DNA of 64,000 bases, from NCBI GenBank assembly GCA_964016885.1, contig OZ024743.1, positions 286,750,001 to 286,814,000 of the forward strand, given 5' to 3'. Origin of the DNA: Eledone cirrhosa. Lineage: Eukaryota. Both the position numbers and the translations under genes were made by a program. The first letter of the stretch is position 1. Each line of letters opens with the position of its first letter. The notes under the pieces are model-generated. The model made no database searches, was not told the origin of the DNA, and saw nothing but the letters and a program-made list of their open reading frames with translations. Shown piece by piece: positions 1 through 12,496 of this stretch.

Positions 1-17
1 AGCTTGCATGCCCCAGG

Positions 18-249
18 TGTGGAGGGCTGAACATTTTCATGATCATGATACCCCTAACATTTGGCCTTCTAACTCTCCTAATTTAACCCCTTTGGACTAC
101 TATGTCTGGGGAATTGAAAGGGATACCACAATACTAAGGATTCACTGATGTCTGCTTTCGGGGACATTATGGCCAACATGAATAAAGATCACCTGAAAAA
201 TGCATGTAGTTGAAGCGGTATTGAGGCTGATGGTGGTTTTATTAAATAA
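18..249 (+). mobile_element. Tc1/mariner-superfamily transposase C-terminal relic (frameshifted, with stops)
   Basis: Manual translation gives WPSNSPNLTPLDYYVWG (the conserved W-P-x-x-S-P-D-L-N-P-L-D-Y-x-x-W-G motif), then HNTKDSL...NACS* and the typical ending IEADGGFIK*. Confidence 0.75.
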
Positions 250-380
250 TCTTTTGCTATGTGTATGCAAGAATATGTTGCTTTGTTTCTAATAAATATA
301 ACTGTTTTCCTTAAATCAAAATTTTGTTTTCAAATAGCTGACACACACACTCACACCTTATATATATATATATATATATA

Positions 381-575
381 AGGTCCATATAGACATATAC
401 ATATGTCCCAAGGCTCTGATACCATCAACACTATAAACACAGAACTGGCATATCTAAGAACTGACTAACTGTCTGATGAGGTCATAGCCATTCAATGGCT
501 ATCATCGAAATATATATATATATAGCAGTAAATAAAGGATTATGAGTTTATGCAATTGACTCATGTTTCGTCACT
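381..575 (+). mobile_element. Probable Penelope-like element 3'/pLTR remnant inserted in (TA)n
   Basis: Flanked on both sides by (TA)n. A short ORF end (..NTINTELAYLRTD*) is followed directly by a hammerhead motif. Confidence 0.5.
468..529 (+). ncRNA. Minimal type-I hammerhead ribozyme motif
   Basis: ACTGT (stem I) CTGATGA (473-479), stem II with ATAGCCAT/ATGGCTAT, GAAA (507-510), palindromic (TA)6 stem III, TA, GCAGT (stem I'). Confidence 0.7.
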
Positions 576-1183
576 ATATATATATATGGGGGTGGTGTAG
601 GTGTATGTGTGTGTGTGCAAATAAAATTTGATTTGAAACAGTAATGTAAATTAATGTGTATCAGCATGGACATATGTGTATATATAGATATAGAATTAAT
701 CTACGTATAATATAAAAACCTATTTTCATAGATCTCCTTGTAAATCAAAATAAACTAAATTACATTTATTTCATAAGATAGATAAATAAATAAAAAATTT
801 AGTGGGGAAAATTGAAATTGATAAATGCTAAATGTTAAAATGATACCAATATGTACTATGACTATGAAAACAAGGTCTATTATCTTCAACTACTTAGTAG
901 GTGACTAAAGAGTTCGGAAGCTCAAATAATGTTGTATTGAGAAAATAATGGCTTCTTGCTGTTAGGAAAATTATAATCAATAGTAAAACATTATGTCAAT
1001 CAGTCATGCTATAATGATGATGTTAACAACAATAACAACAATAGCAACAATAACATCAACAACAACAACAGTAGCAACACTAAGATCAACAACAGTAACA
1101 ACAGTAGTAACAATAACAACAACAGGGACCAAAGCAGCAGCAATAACAACAGCAATAGCAGCATCAGTATCCTACACTAATGA

Positions 1184-1389
1184 TTTCTAGTATAGGCATA
1201 AGGCCAGCAATTTGGGGGAGGGGAAAGTCAATTAAATCGAACCTAGTGCATTACTGGTGCTTTATTTTATCAATCCCACAAGGATGTAAGGCAAAGCTAA
1301 CCTCGACAGGATTTGAGCTCAGCGCATAAAGGGTCTTAACTCTATGCTGAAAAGCATGGTGTCTGACACTCTACCGATCCTGCCAATCT
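1184..1389 (-). mobile_element. tRNA-derived SINE family A copy
   Basis: Reverse complement matches the full-length copy at 45577-45760 (core ..GACTTTGCCTTTCATCC..GGGGTCGATAAAATAAAGTACCAG, end GCTGGCCTTGTGCC). Confidence 0.8.
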
Positions 1390-1409
1390 ACAGCAGTAAT
1401 AACAATAAT

Positions 1410-1605
1410 GGTTTCTGGTTTAGGCACAAGGCCAGCAATTTGGGTGAGGGGAAAAGCTGATGAAATTAACCGCAGTACATGTTACTTTATGGATCGAGAA
1501 TGGAAGAATGAAAGGAAAATTGACTTCTGCAGGATTTAAATTCAGAACATAAGAAGCTGGAAAAAGTACCACAAAGCATTCCTCCAATGGTCCAATGATT
1601 ATGCC
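1410..1605 (-). mobile_element. Degenerate SINE family A copy
   Basis: GGCACAAGGCCAGCAATT start and a diverged core (GAATGAAAGGAAAATTGAC..GGATTTAAATTCAGAAC). Confidence 0.65.
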
Positions 1606-2454
1606 AAATCCTAACAAAAACAACAATAATACCAATAGCAAAAACATGAACAAAAATTCCAACATCTATTTTAACAATAACAACAAAACAACCATTAATA
1701 ATACCAAAAGTAATAATATTAATAAAAACAATCACAATAACAAGAGCAATACCAATATCAACATTGTCAACAACTACGGCAATAGCAACATATATATATT
1801 GATTTCTTATATAAACATAATACCACAAATTTAGAGAGTGGGAACAGTTAAATATATCTTTCCTAGCTCTTGACTTATCTTATCAACCCCTAGAAGGATG
1901 AATGGAAAAGTTGACAATAGTAGGATTTGATTTCAGATCATAAAGATCAGAAACTAGATACTGCATGGCATTTCTCTTCTGCTCTAACAACCAAGTCTTT
2001 GACTGGCAACAGTAACAATATTAAGGAAACTAACAGCAGTGTCAACAATGGCAACAACAGCAAAAGTACAATAACAACAAAACGTTTTGTAACAGAACCC
2101 TTCTCCCACATGGTAGCTGACAGATATCAATGCCTGTTACAATTCGGAACAGAGTATACTGGTTAAAGCAAAGTCATATATCGATAACAAAACTCCTGTG
2201 ACCTATGCACAGTTGAAGCACTACAGAACCTGTTTGCAAAAGAACTCAGAGAAGATCACAACATGCAACTATAAAATATTCAGGACACACCTGAATTATC
2301 AACCAGTTTTATATCCTGTTGGGATGGTACTTTAATTATCTGAAGGTTTATGCTTGCAGATTACATCTTGTAATAATTACGCTACTTCCTAATATTACAA
2401 ATCTGATGATAAACTCTCAACACAAAAAAAATTGAACAACTTTTTTTATAGACA

Positions 2455-2912
2455 CTAGCAGAAAAACTACCCTTGGGGTGGTTTTGTGCTAGCATGTGTA
2501 GTGTGTATATTGATATTATATGATAAATAAAATAAAATCGTAATTGACAATATACACAGAAATTGAACGAAGACTGTGTTACACTATCTTATGTAATCAG
2601 TAACGTAATCCATGATGCATTAAAAAAAGTGATATTATATATAAACTACATTAGGAGAAAATTAGTGACAGAAATATATGAATATTTATTTAAACGATTG
2701 CTAACTGAAAGTGTTGACATTTGAAAATTTTAAAGAAGTGAATTTTTAAATAAGTAATAACATATATTTAATCAATAGCCATGAAATTTAGAAGATAAAT
2801 TATGTAATATTTATTCACTATTTATTCAAAGTAATCCAACTTATTTTACTAAGGAGATAAAAAATTATAAACCGTACGCAATCCCATGCTTCTTACTTTA
2901 TTATAGTTTAGA
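2455..2912 (-). mobile_element. Non-autonomous Helitron-like element
   Basis: On the minus strand it begins A|TCTAAACTATAATAAAG (2912) and ends CTGCTAG|T (2455), with a hairpin (AAAACTACCC/GGGTGGTTTT) just upstream. Its 2700-2751 segment is the reverse complement of 29431-29480 inside the large Helitron. Confidence 0.65.
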
Positions 2913-2975
2913 TATTGTCACTATATTGGTTCAGGATAACTGCTTTTTATAAGCTGTTAATTATTATTATCAGTG

Positions 2976-4475
2976 ACTAGACCACCCGTGACTCATTGGG
3001 TCACGTTCACTTAAAAATAATTTTTAAATAATTAAAATATACACAGACATGTATATAAAGGTTTCTTATACAGGCACAAGACCAGCAATTTGGGGGGAGG
3101 GAAAAGTCGATGAAATTGGAAGGCCCATATATATGTGTGTGTGTGTGTGCGTGTGTATACATATATATATATCTGTGCATATATATATATGTGGGTGTCT
3201 GTGACCTACATATGCTGGTCACAGGCACACACACATATATACACACACACGCACACATATATATACACACACATATATATACACATGCACACACACATAC
3301 ACACATATATATATACACACAAATTTAGAAACCTTTCCTATTTAGCAGGAAATATTCGCTACACGCATCTTGTCCTAACACAAGTTATATGATAAATATG
3401 TCTTAATATTCATTCACTAAATTTTAGCTAGATACAGTAATGCTCTATTCAATTCTTTGAAGTCACCTGTTATAATTTCATTCAACAACAGCACTGTTAT
3501 GTATTGTGTACCTTACTTACTATGGTTACCCATGATTGAACCCATGATACACATACACACACACACACACACACATATATATAAATATATACATCTTTCA
3601 ATCTACTCTCTCACAACCACTATCTCTTTCTCTCTCTCTCTATTTATGAAGGTTCCCGAAAAAACCCTGTACCTCGGGAACCCGTGCTCCGATTTACGTG
3701 AAACTTGTTTTATTCCATTTGTATTCCCATTTCAGGGACAACTTCCTTTCAAAGTATTTTCCCATTATGTGCTGTTTTGGATGTATTAAATTACAAACAA
3801 GACACAATCACAGAGTTTTAGTAATATACTAGACCACCCATGACATGTTGGGTATCGAGTGGTCTAGTAATATGTATACTGTTGGCTATTTATGAAGTTA
3901 TTCGGAAAAACTTTGTATCTCGGGAACCTGTGCTTCAATTTACACAAAAATTGTTTTATTCTATTTGTATTCCCATTTCAGGTATTTTCAAAGCATTTAC
4001 CCATTATGCACCATTTTGGCTGTATTAAATTACAGACAAGCACATGATCACAGAGTTTTAGTAGTGTACTAGATCACCTGTGACCTGTTGGATCACGTTC
4101 ACTTAAACATATTCTAAAAAATCATATTTACTTAAAAGTAATTTTTAAATAATATATATGTATACACAGACATATATATATAGATATATATATATATATA
4201 ATGTAAAAGGAAATTGGAAGGTCCATATTTATAGGTGCGTGAGTGTATACATATAAATATATATGTGAGCGTGTGTATATATGTGTGGGTGTCTGTGACC
4301 TATATACACTGGTCACAGACACACACATATACACACACACAAGTCACTTGTTATAATTTCATTCAACAACACCACCAGCTCTCTCTCTCTCTCTTCCATT
4401 TTCCCCTCTCTGTCTCCTTCTCTCTCTCTCTATGTCTCTCTTTCAATCTACTCTCTCACAACCACTATCTCTTTT

Positions 4476-4480
<5 letters not shown>
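2976..4480. mobile_element. Tandem, partly duplicated Helitron/Helentron-like non-autonomous elements with internal microsatellites
   Basis: ACTAGACCACCCGTGAC..GTCACG terminus plus hairpin recurs at 2976, 3828 (full palindrome ACTAGACCAC..GTGGTCTAGT) and 4068. Segment 3644-3830 is repeated at 3890-4070. The same family occurs at 46458-48112. Confidence 0.6.
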
Positions 4481-4512
<32 letters not shown>

Positions 4513-4727
4513 GTATGTATGTATGCATGTATTGCACATGTATATATGGTATGTGTGTGTATGTCTATGTTCATATTTAAATATTGTATTATATGACGAT
4601 GTGTGTATAACACACATCCAGACTATATTTTTTATTGATTAGTTTTTTAATGTTGATCAGATATGTGTATGTATGTATGTATGTATGTATGTATGTATGT
4701 ATGTATGTATGTATGTATGTATATATG

Positions 4728-5008
4728 TGAAGGACCCCTAGCCTTTCTCAGGGCATTCTTCTAGGAGAAGGCAACTCAGGAAACTGGGATAACTCCGATA
4801 TAAAACCTGCGGCTCAGTAGTTACCGATGATGTTGATTTTTTCTTCTTTTCGGGTTATAGCTGCTGTCGCTCAGAGAGTGGGATTGGCTCAGTGCACAGT
4901 CTTTCGTCACTTTAAAAAATATCTTCATTGCACGATAGAATTAATTAATTATTATTAATAATGGTATATCGTGCAATGGCCATACTCGATAACGAGGGGG
5001 CAGCCATC
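4728..5008. repeat. Unclassified GC-richer insertion in (TATG)n tract
   Basis: Sharp compositional contrast with the flanks, a perfect 12-bp inverted repeat (4926-4937 / 4967-4978), and similar microsatellite-like sequence at 4520-4560 and 5010-5053. Confidence 0.4.
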
Positions 5009-5817
5009 ATGTATGCATGTATTGCACATGTATGTATGGTATGTGTGTGTGTGTTTCATACTGTGTATGCACCTTGTGAATGTGACTATGTATTGTTTAT
5101 ATCTATGTACGTGTTTGCTTCCACATTTTTTCTGTGCGGGTGTATATGTTGTTACATGTGCGTTAGTGTGTCTTATAATTGTCTCTATGTATCATTTCTA
5201 GATATGCATGTGTGCCTCTATTATCATAAGTGCCTGTGTGTTTATGCATCTGTATATTTATTTCTATATTTCTTTTCTAATATTAGGTGAAAATAACTTT
5301 TCTCTATTGATTTATATAAGAAAAAATTACTTTGTCTTCAAGATTCTTTGTCCATAAATTACAGCAGAAATTATTTAGGCCAAAGGGCATGTATTTAAAC
5401 AATTTTGTAGCATAATGGACAGTTTCAAAGGAACACACAAACAGAAATACATATGTTCAATGTAAGAATTCAATATGTATGTATATATATATATATATTT
5501 ATGTATACACGCACACGCGTATAACATGCACACACACACATACACTCACACATATATACACCACACACACACATATAAGAAAAAATCAAGAAGATTCAAA
5601 TGTTACTTTGGAAGTATTTAATAGTTCTTTACTTTCCGAGTAAAATAGACCTTAACAAAGGAAAAATGTTGAAGAAGGATCAGAGAGCAGAATTATACAC
5701 AGATTTCATGATATTTTATGACAGGGACTAAATTTCTAGGGAGTACAAACATAAGAGGTGCATGGGAGGAATTAGGTAAAACTTTAGACTCTTTCCTATG
5801 GTTTAGATGATATACAT

Positions 5818-5866
5818 ATACCTTCTGATGAGGAACCAACTAGGTTTGAAAATCAGTTAAAGGTAT
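5818..5866 (+). ncRNA. Degenerate minimal hammerhead ribozyme motif (probable Penelope pLTR relic)
   Basis: ATACCTT (stem I) CTGATGA, GAACC/GGTTT stem II, GAAA, ATCAGT, TA, AAGGTAT (stem I', 7 bp perfect). Stem III is degenerate. Downstream sequence is repeated in diverged form at about 6520-6650. Confidence 0.55.
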
Positions 5867-6036
5867 TTATTATTTTTCAGTTTATAGGGAATACATATAT
5901 TTGGCATGATTACATATCTATATACGAAAAATGTGTAAATTTATATACACATTTACGCATTCTCAGTTACTTCTATACTGTTTATGCACAGATATAACTT
6001 TATTGTATATTTCAGCTGCTAAGTGCACAGTTTAAT

Positions 6037-6405
6037 CATCATCATCATCATCATCACCATTTTACGTCCATTCTTCCATGCTAGCATGGGTTAGACGAGT
6101 TGTCCTGTTGAGAGCAATGCCAGATCAGGTGACCATGTCATGCTCATGCAGAACTGATCCTTGCTTGTTTCTACAGCTGGATGCCCTTCCTAACACCAAC
6201 CTCATTTACAGTGAGTACTGGGTGCTGTTTATCATGGCGCCTACATGACCGCTTTACAATGGGAGGGGGTGGGGGCATACTGTCTTTATGCTTCAGCTTC
6301 GGGTTGTACCCGTGGGAAGTCGGGTCTTCTGTATTATTGTGTAATGCCAGAGGTCTTGGTCCTGTGTCATCGCCTTTGAGATGTGCAATTGGGCAAGATG
6401 AGCTT
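6037..6405 (-). mobile_element. RTE-clade LINE 3' end fragment
   Basis: (ATC)n = (GAT)n tail on the minus strand, with a 3' UTR matching 51700-52035. Confidence 0.85.
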
Positions 6406-6670
6406 TTAATATATATCTTAATTAACTACCAGCATGAGTGCTAATAATATGCAAATTAGTACATCCATTTCAGGATATATTATAAGTGATAGGGTATATG
6501 AGCTCTTCAATTATGTATTTCCTTGAAAAATGATTAAAGGTATTTATCGTATTCTCAATTTCTAGATAAATACATATATTTGGTATGTTTACATGTCTAT
6601 ATACTAAAAATGTGTAAATTTATATACACATTTATGCAGTCTTGGTTACCTCTCTCTATATATATATACA

Positions 6671-7237
6671 TAATAAGAATCAAATGCTGTGTGCAGGAGA
6701 GGCGGTTGCGTTGGTATGGACATGTGATGCGTATGAAGGATGACAGCTGCATAAAAAGGTGCAGAGCACTAAAAGTCGATGGAAACCGCGGAGTGGGGAG
6801 ACCCAAGATGACCTGGGATGAGGTGATAAAAGCCGACCTTACCCAATTACACCTCTCAAAGGCGATGACACACGACCGTGACCTCTGGCGTCATGCAGTA
6901 ATACAGAGTACCCGACCTCCCATGGGTACAAGCTGAAGCATATAGACAATATGCCCCCACACCCTTCCACTGCAAGGTGGTCGTGGAGGTGCGACAGCAA
7001 AAAGCACCCAGCCCACACTGTAAAGTGGACGTGTAGGCGCCACGAAAAAGCACCCAGCACTCACTGTAAATGAGGTTGGTGTTAGGAAGGGCATCCAGCT
7101 GTAGAAATCAAGCCAAATCAGTTCCTGTATGAGCAAGGCATGGTCAGCCGACCAGACACTGCCCACAACAGGACAACCTGTCTAGCCCATGCTAGCGTGG
7201 AAGAACGGACGTAAAACGGTGATGAAGATGATGATGA

Positions 7238-7239
<2 letters not shown>
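6671..7239 (+). mobile_element. 5'-truncated RTE-clade LINE
   Basis: Encodes ..VQERRLRWYGHVMRM..GRPKMTW.., followed by the shared 3' UTR and a (GAT)n tail. Confidence 0.9.
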
Positions 7240-7289
<50 letters not shown>

Positions 7290-7325
7290 CTGTATTGTAT
7301 ACTTCGACTGCTGAGAGCACATAAT

Positions 7326-7897
7326 ATCATCATCATCATCATCATCATTTTACGTCCGCTTTTCCCTGCTTGCAAGGGTGGGATGGGAACTGATTCTGGC
7401 TTGATTTCTACAGCTGGATGCCCTTCCTAACACCAACCTCATTTACAGTGAGTGCTGAGTGCTTTTTTTGCCTTGGCACCTCCACAACCACTTTGCAGTG
7501 GAATGATATGGACCCCAGTCCCTATCATCTCATTTCTACAGCTGAGTAAACTGGAGCAATGTGAAATAAAGTGTCTTGCTCAAGGAAACAACACATCACC
7601 TGGTCTGAGAATTGAACTCACAACCTTTCGATTGCAAGGCCAATGCTCTAACCACTAATCCATGTGCCTCCATCATTTCATCATCATTTCATTTTACGTC
7701 CACTTTTCCCTGCTTGCAAGGGTGGGACGGGAACTGATTCTGGCTTGATTTCTACGGCTGGATGCCCTTCCTAACACCAACCTCATTTACAGTGAGTGCT
7801 GGGTGCTTTTTTGCTGTGGCACCTCCACGACCACTTTGCAGTGGAATGATAGGGACCTCAGTCCCTATCATCTCATTTCTACAGCTGAGTAAACTCC
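7326..7897 (-). mobile_element. SINE family B: full copy (7326-7671) plus adjacent 5'-truncated second copy (about 7672-7897)
   Basis: Reverse complement of 46497-46841: tRNA-like head, CCTTGAGCAAGACACTT core, RTE-derived tail with (GAT)n. Confidence 0.85.
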
Positions 7898-10800
7898 ATA
7901 TAAATTTATATAATATATGATGGTTATATTATAATAATCATCATAAATGCTCTAATGCCTGTTTTGCTATGTTACCATGGGTTGGACAGGTCTGTCGTAT
8001 GACAAAGATGATGACAGTATCGGTGAGGAGTAGGAGGAGTGGAAAAAAAGGACAGATAAGTAAAAAGGAAAAGAGTTAGAAGACAGTCAGCATGAGACTA
8101 AGTAATATATCAAATAAATTATCTCATGACAGGAAGTCGATGGGCAAAGAAGTGATGAAGTAATGAAGCGCAGTAGAAAAACAATAATATTTAATGAAAT
8201 GCTGAAAAGTCATCAATAGTTGATTATAAAGTAACAGTATCAACTCTCCGAGTCACATTGGCTAGACATTAGCCATCCAGATTATGGTTTCTCTCTCTGT
8301 CCTACCTCATAAATTCCTGGGAACTTTATCAATAAAAAAAGAATAGACTGATCGTTTGTTTTATTTATTTTTAAATTAATGTTTTTGATATTTGTTTCTG
8401 CCGTTGGTGTAGTTATTGTTTGCTTTTATTTTTTCAGCTGCTGCTGCTACTGTTGTTGGTTTTCTTACTATTGTTGCTTATATTGTTTTCTAAAGCTTTT
8501 GTTGATGATGTCTAAACCCAGATCAATTCCACTTGAAAAGACATATGATAAAAGACGTTCCAGCCATAACCATGCTGTCTTTTGTTTTTGTAGTTGTAAT
8601 TGCTGTGATGCATGTCGTAATACATGAAATAAATAAGTTTCCAAACAGTCAACCTGCAACATGGTTTTAATCTTTGTTTGAAGTATATTTTACTTTATTT
8701 ACAAAGTAAAAGACCTTTGAAAAATTTATGGCTATTCCTACTCCTCAAAATATATGTTCTTTGTGCATAGTCAAAGAGTGGAAGAAGAAAAATATATGTA
8801 TATATTTATATGTCTAGGTATATTGGATGAATTATGGTGAATGGTTATGACTTCCATAGAAACAGATCTAACCAGAAACTTGTTTCTTTACATCACACAC
8901 TAGTCACCTCTCTTCAGAAGTCTGGCAAAACTTTGCATTCAACACCAGTAAAGTCTTTGACTGTGTTGAATATGAGAACTCTCTGGCAAAGTTATCTACC
9001 TAGGGTCACTAGTCACCCATTGAATTGGAACTTTCTTGTGAAACTGCTTGTTTGAAACATTTGACAATAGTGTTTACTCATCTCCTCCTCCTCCACCTTA
9101 TGTTCTGCCTCCCACTCCCCACATCCCCTTTTCCTCCTCCTCTTCTCCTCTCCTCCTCCTCCTCCTCGTTCTCCTCGTTCTCCTCCTCTTCCTCTTCTCC
9201 CCTTTCCCTCATTATCTTACCCCCTCCCCATCACCCCCTCCTTATCACCCCATCCCCATAACCCTCCTCCACCTTATCTTCCCCATCGCCCTCCCCGTCA
9301 CTCCTTCTCCTTCCTTTCCTCCTCCTCCTCCATCTAGTTGTACTGCTCTGGATATTTTCAGTATCCCAGCAACTATCTCTGATAATCTGGTGTCATTTCT
9401 CTTCTTCACATCCTTATTGAAGTCTGAACTGTTGACCTTGATAGCTGGTCTCTTCGTTGTGTCTACTGAGAGTAGTCCCTCTTTTTCCAATACATTCTCT
9501 ACATTCATCAATCTCTAATAATAACAATTCCCAGATGCTTTTCCCAGTAACAATTTGATTCTCTGAGAAAAGACATAGTATTCACAACCATCTCTATCTC
9601 TCTATTCTATTTTCTAATCAGTATGAAGTCAATCTATCTGATTAGTAGGGGGTTAAATAACTATTACTGCAAGTGGCTTGTTATGACAAGCTTTAAAGCT
9701 TCATACATCTGAAACCAATGATCCACAGAAAGAAATTCATAAATATACACCAAATTCATGAGACAAAACCCATGAATACACCAATAAGTAACGACCACAA
9801 TAGCAACCAAACGTATGCAAAAGTACCCCCCCTCCCCCCTCCTATCCCCAACAGAACAAAACTTTCCCATTTCAGACACTAGACATTGATCACATAACCA
9901 ATTCAATAACAGCTACATCACTACATATTGAAGATATTAAGTCTGATTTCAGAAAAATAAAATCTCTGTAGTAAGTTAAATTTACCTAAATTTACCATTC
10001 CTCCTCTTCATCTACTTAATAAGAAAAAAACTAAAAACCACATTAACCTATTACCAAGTATGTATGTCTGCTTTTATTTGTCTCTTGTGGATAAATCATC
10101 ATCTTCGTTTAACGTCCATCTAATTGTAAATGTGACAGGAATTTAATTTAATGGACTCTAATTATATTGTACTGATGATGTTAAAGAAAGCGGAAACAAC
10201 AAGTTCTATATGGATATTAGAAGATTACAATTATAGTACCCATAAAAAAGATGGTATTTATAGTAAAAGTATTTAATTGAACAATTTCTTGATTAAGACA
10301 TTCTATGTAAAAATGCTTGAATCCTCTTCTCACATTGACCATCACCATATTTCATTTTACATTCATTCAAATCAATTGCAATATTTTTTCCCATATTTTC
10401 TGTAAACATTATGAAACACATATGTTCTAAATTCCGATGACTTATTGTTCCATCTATCTATCGCAACTCTAAACCTAACCCTAACAACAACCTCTCTAGT
10501 AACAGTGTCACGAAAATGCACCTGGTACACCCTGTAAAGTGATTGGCGACAGGAAGGGTGCCCACTGTAGAAACTATACCTAAAAGATATGAGAACACCC
10601 TTCAGTTGTGTCAATGGCACAACAATAGTCTGCTTATGAAATTAACCTGCAAGTGGCTGAGCATTCCACATACACGAGCACCTTAATGTAATTCTCAGAA
10701 GTTATTTTTAGATACAAGAACTGGACCAAATGCTCTTGTAAAGGCATATTAAGGTTACGGTGGGGCTGTTATACCAGGTGATTGATTAAGCCTACCCACC

Positions 10801-11192
10801 AAATGGCATTGTATGATGTATTTTTGTTGTTATAAAGATAGTTGGAATGTACAAACTATTGTTAATTATTTTGTAGGAATACACTTATGTTATACAGTGA
10901 GTTGATCAGCTGAGATTATAGAAGCAATTAGTAGACAAAGACTACCTCAAGGAGTGTTTGAAATCTAAAATCAACAAATAAGAGAAACAATTCCCATAAG
11001 ATCAGTTAATCAAAGGAAATTCAATTTACTAATTCTGATCTTTCCTCTAATTTCCATCACTTAATTATCCTACAAGATAATGGCATAGTAAATACAAGAG
11101 CTGATTAAGTGTCAAATATTAAGTGCTGCAGTTTACCTGGTGAGCATAAATACACTCACTGGATCAGTGAATCTATATATAATCTGTTTTAA

Positions 11193-11424
11193 TCCTTTTG
11201 TTACCAACTCAACCAAAACCAACTCTGGTTCTATGAAATAAAGGCACCCATTTTAAAGGTTTCCTGTATAAATTAAAATCATCCAACATAATTTTATATA
11301 AGAACCTCACATTAAGTTACTGTCTTAGTAATGAAATAATCGATAATTTTAGTAAATCCCTCAAAATTCTTCATTAATTAATTGGAATAGAGTGCATTTC
11401 ATTAGAAACACAGTCAGGAAAGGG
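11193..11424. mobile_element. TTAA-flanked MITE (piggyBac-like termini)
   Basis: TTAA|TCCTTT...AAAGGG|TTAA. A related partial inverted copy ends ..GGTAACTAAAGAG|TTAA at about 20010-20187. Confidence 0.65.
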
Positions 11425-11728
11425 TTAAGCAGCATCACAAGTATGAGAATAATTAATTTAAGAACATCCTTGGTATAAACAAAAGAATGAGAACAATCTA
11501 CCCCATGTGTTGAATAAAGGACTTGGTTTGAAATTCTGAGAATGTTATCAAATATGACAGATATTTGAAGATAGCCAGAGATTATAATGGCCAAGATTTC
11601 ATGACTATACCAACCAAGATGAGGACACTAGACTGACTATATCAATATATAATAGTAATATACATACAGTAATACTTCCTTATATTGGATAAAGGTCACA
11701 ATGTGTAAGATAAGGTGTAATTGATTAA

Positions 11729-11898
11729 CGTATATACTCAAATATAAGTGGATCTGAATATAAGCTGACTTTCACTATTTTTTGTCTGGGAAATGGGCAA
11801 AAATCTAAACCCAATGTATAAGCCAAAATAGGGAGAAAAAATTTACCATCGATTTTGTTTTGTAACATATTTCTTGGCTTATATACGAGTATATATGG
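11729..11898. mobile_element. Tc1/pogo(Tigger)-type MITE
   Basis: Imperfect TIRs CGTATATACTCAAATATAAG / CTTATATACGAGTATATATGG|TA. A similar right end occurs at about 60723-60747. Confidence 0.6.
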
Positions 11899-12327
11899 TA
11901 AATCGACCTCAGTAATATGCCTGCTACTTATTTATAAAAAAAGAAACAATTCCCAAACCACCATACTTAATGCAGTAAGCTGAAAATAATTTTTAACCAA
12001 CTGACTATAAGAACATTTTTTAACCAACCTACTATAAGAAAATTCATTAACATTAATGGCAATTACTCTCAATATAGTGTGTTATGGAACAAAATCAGTT
12101 TGGTAGAACTTATCTCTCTCCAAGCTATTAACTATGGTAAGCAATTAGAGATGGGAATATTAAGATGTACTGGCTCAATCAAGAATTGAACTTAAATCAC
12201 AGACTTGGCTAGCTGGCAGCCTACTATTTATTACCCTACAGCATTTTGTAAAATATAATCCAGTATATGACTCAAGGCAGTAAAAGATAATATATTTACA
12301 ATACAATGCAATATGGTATAATATGAT

Positions 12328-12496
12328 TGTTTCTACTTTTGGCACAAGGCCAGCAATTACCCCAGTTCAATACTGGTGCTTTATTTTATCGACCCCGTAA
12401 GGATGAAAGGCAAAGTGAACCTCGGTGGGATTTGAACTCAGAATGTAAAGGGCCATGCTGCAAAGCATGGTGTCCGACAATCTACCAATACTGCCA
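12328..12496 (-). mobile_element. SINE family A copy
   Basis: Near full-length reverse-complement match to 45577-45760. Confidence 0.85.

Noticed and set aside
2200-2370. Faint hAT-like motif (CWDGTLII*RF)
   Set aside because: Too short and degenerate to support without a profile search.
993-5290. Short ORFs rich in T/N/Y/I/C/V/H (also at 20703, 25730, 27728, 55458)
   Set aside because: They are translations of microsatellites such as (AAC)n, (TA)n, (CA)n and (GA)n.
8834-9720. ORFs around the purine/pyrimidine-skewed tract, and a possible minus-strand acceptor near 9710
   Set aside because: Low-complexity translations, stops in all extended frames, and no recognisable domain.
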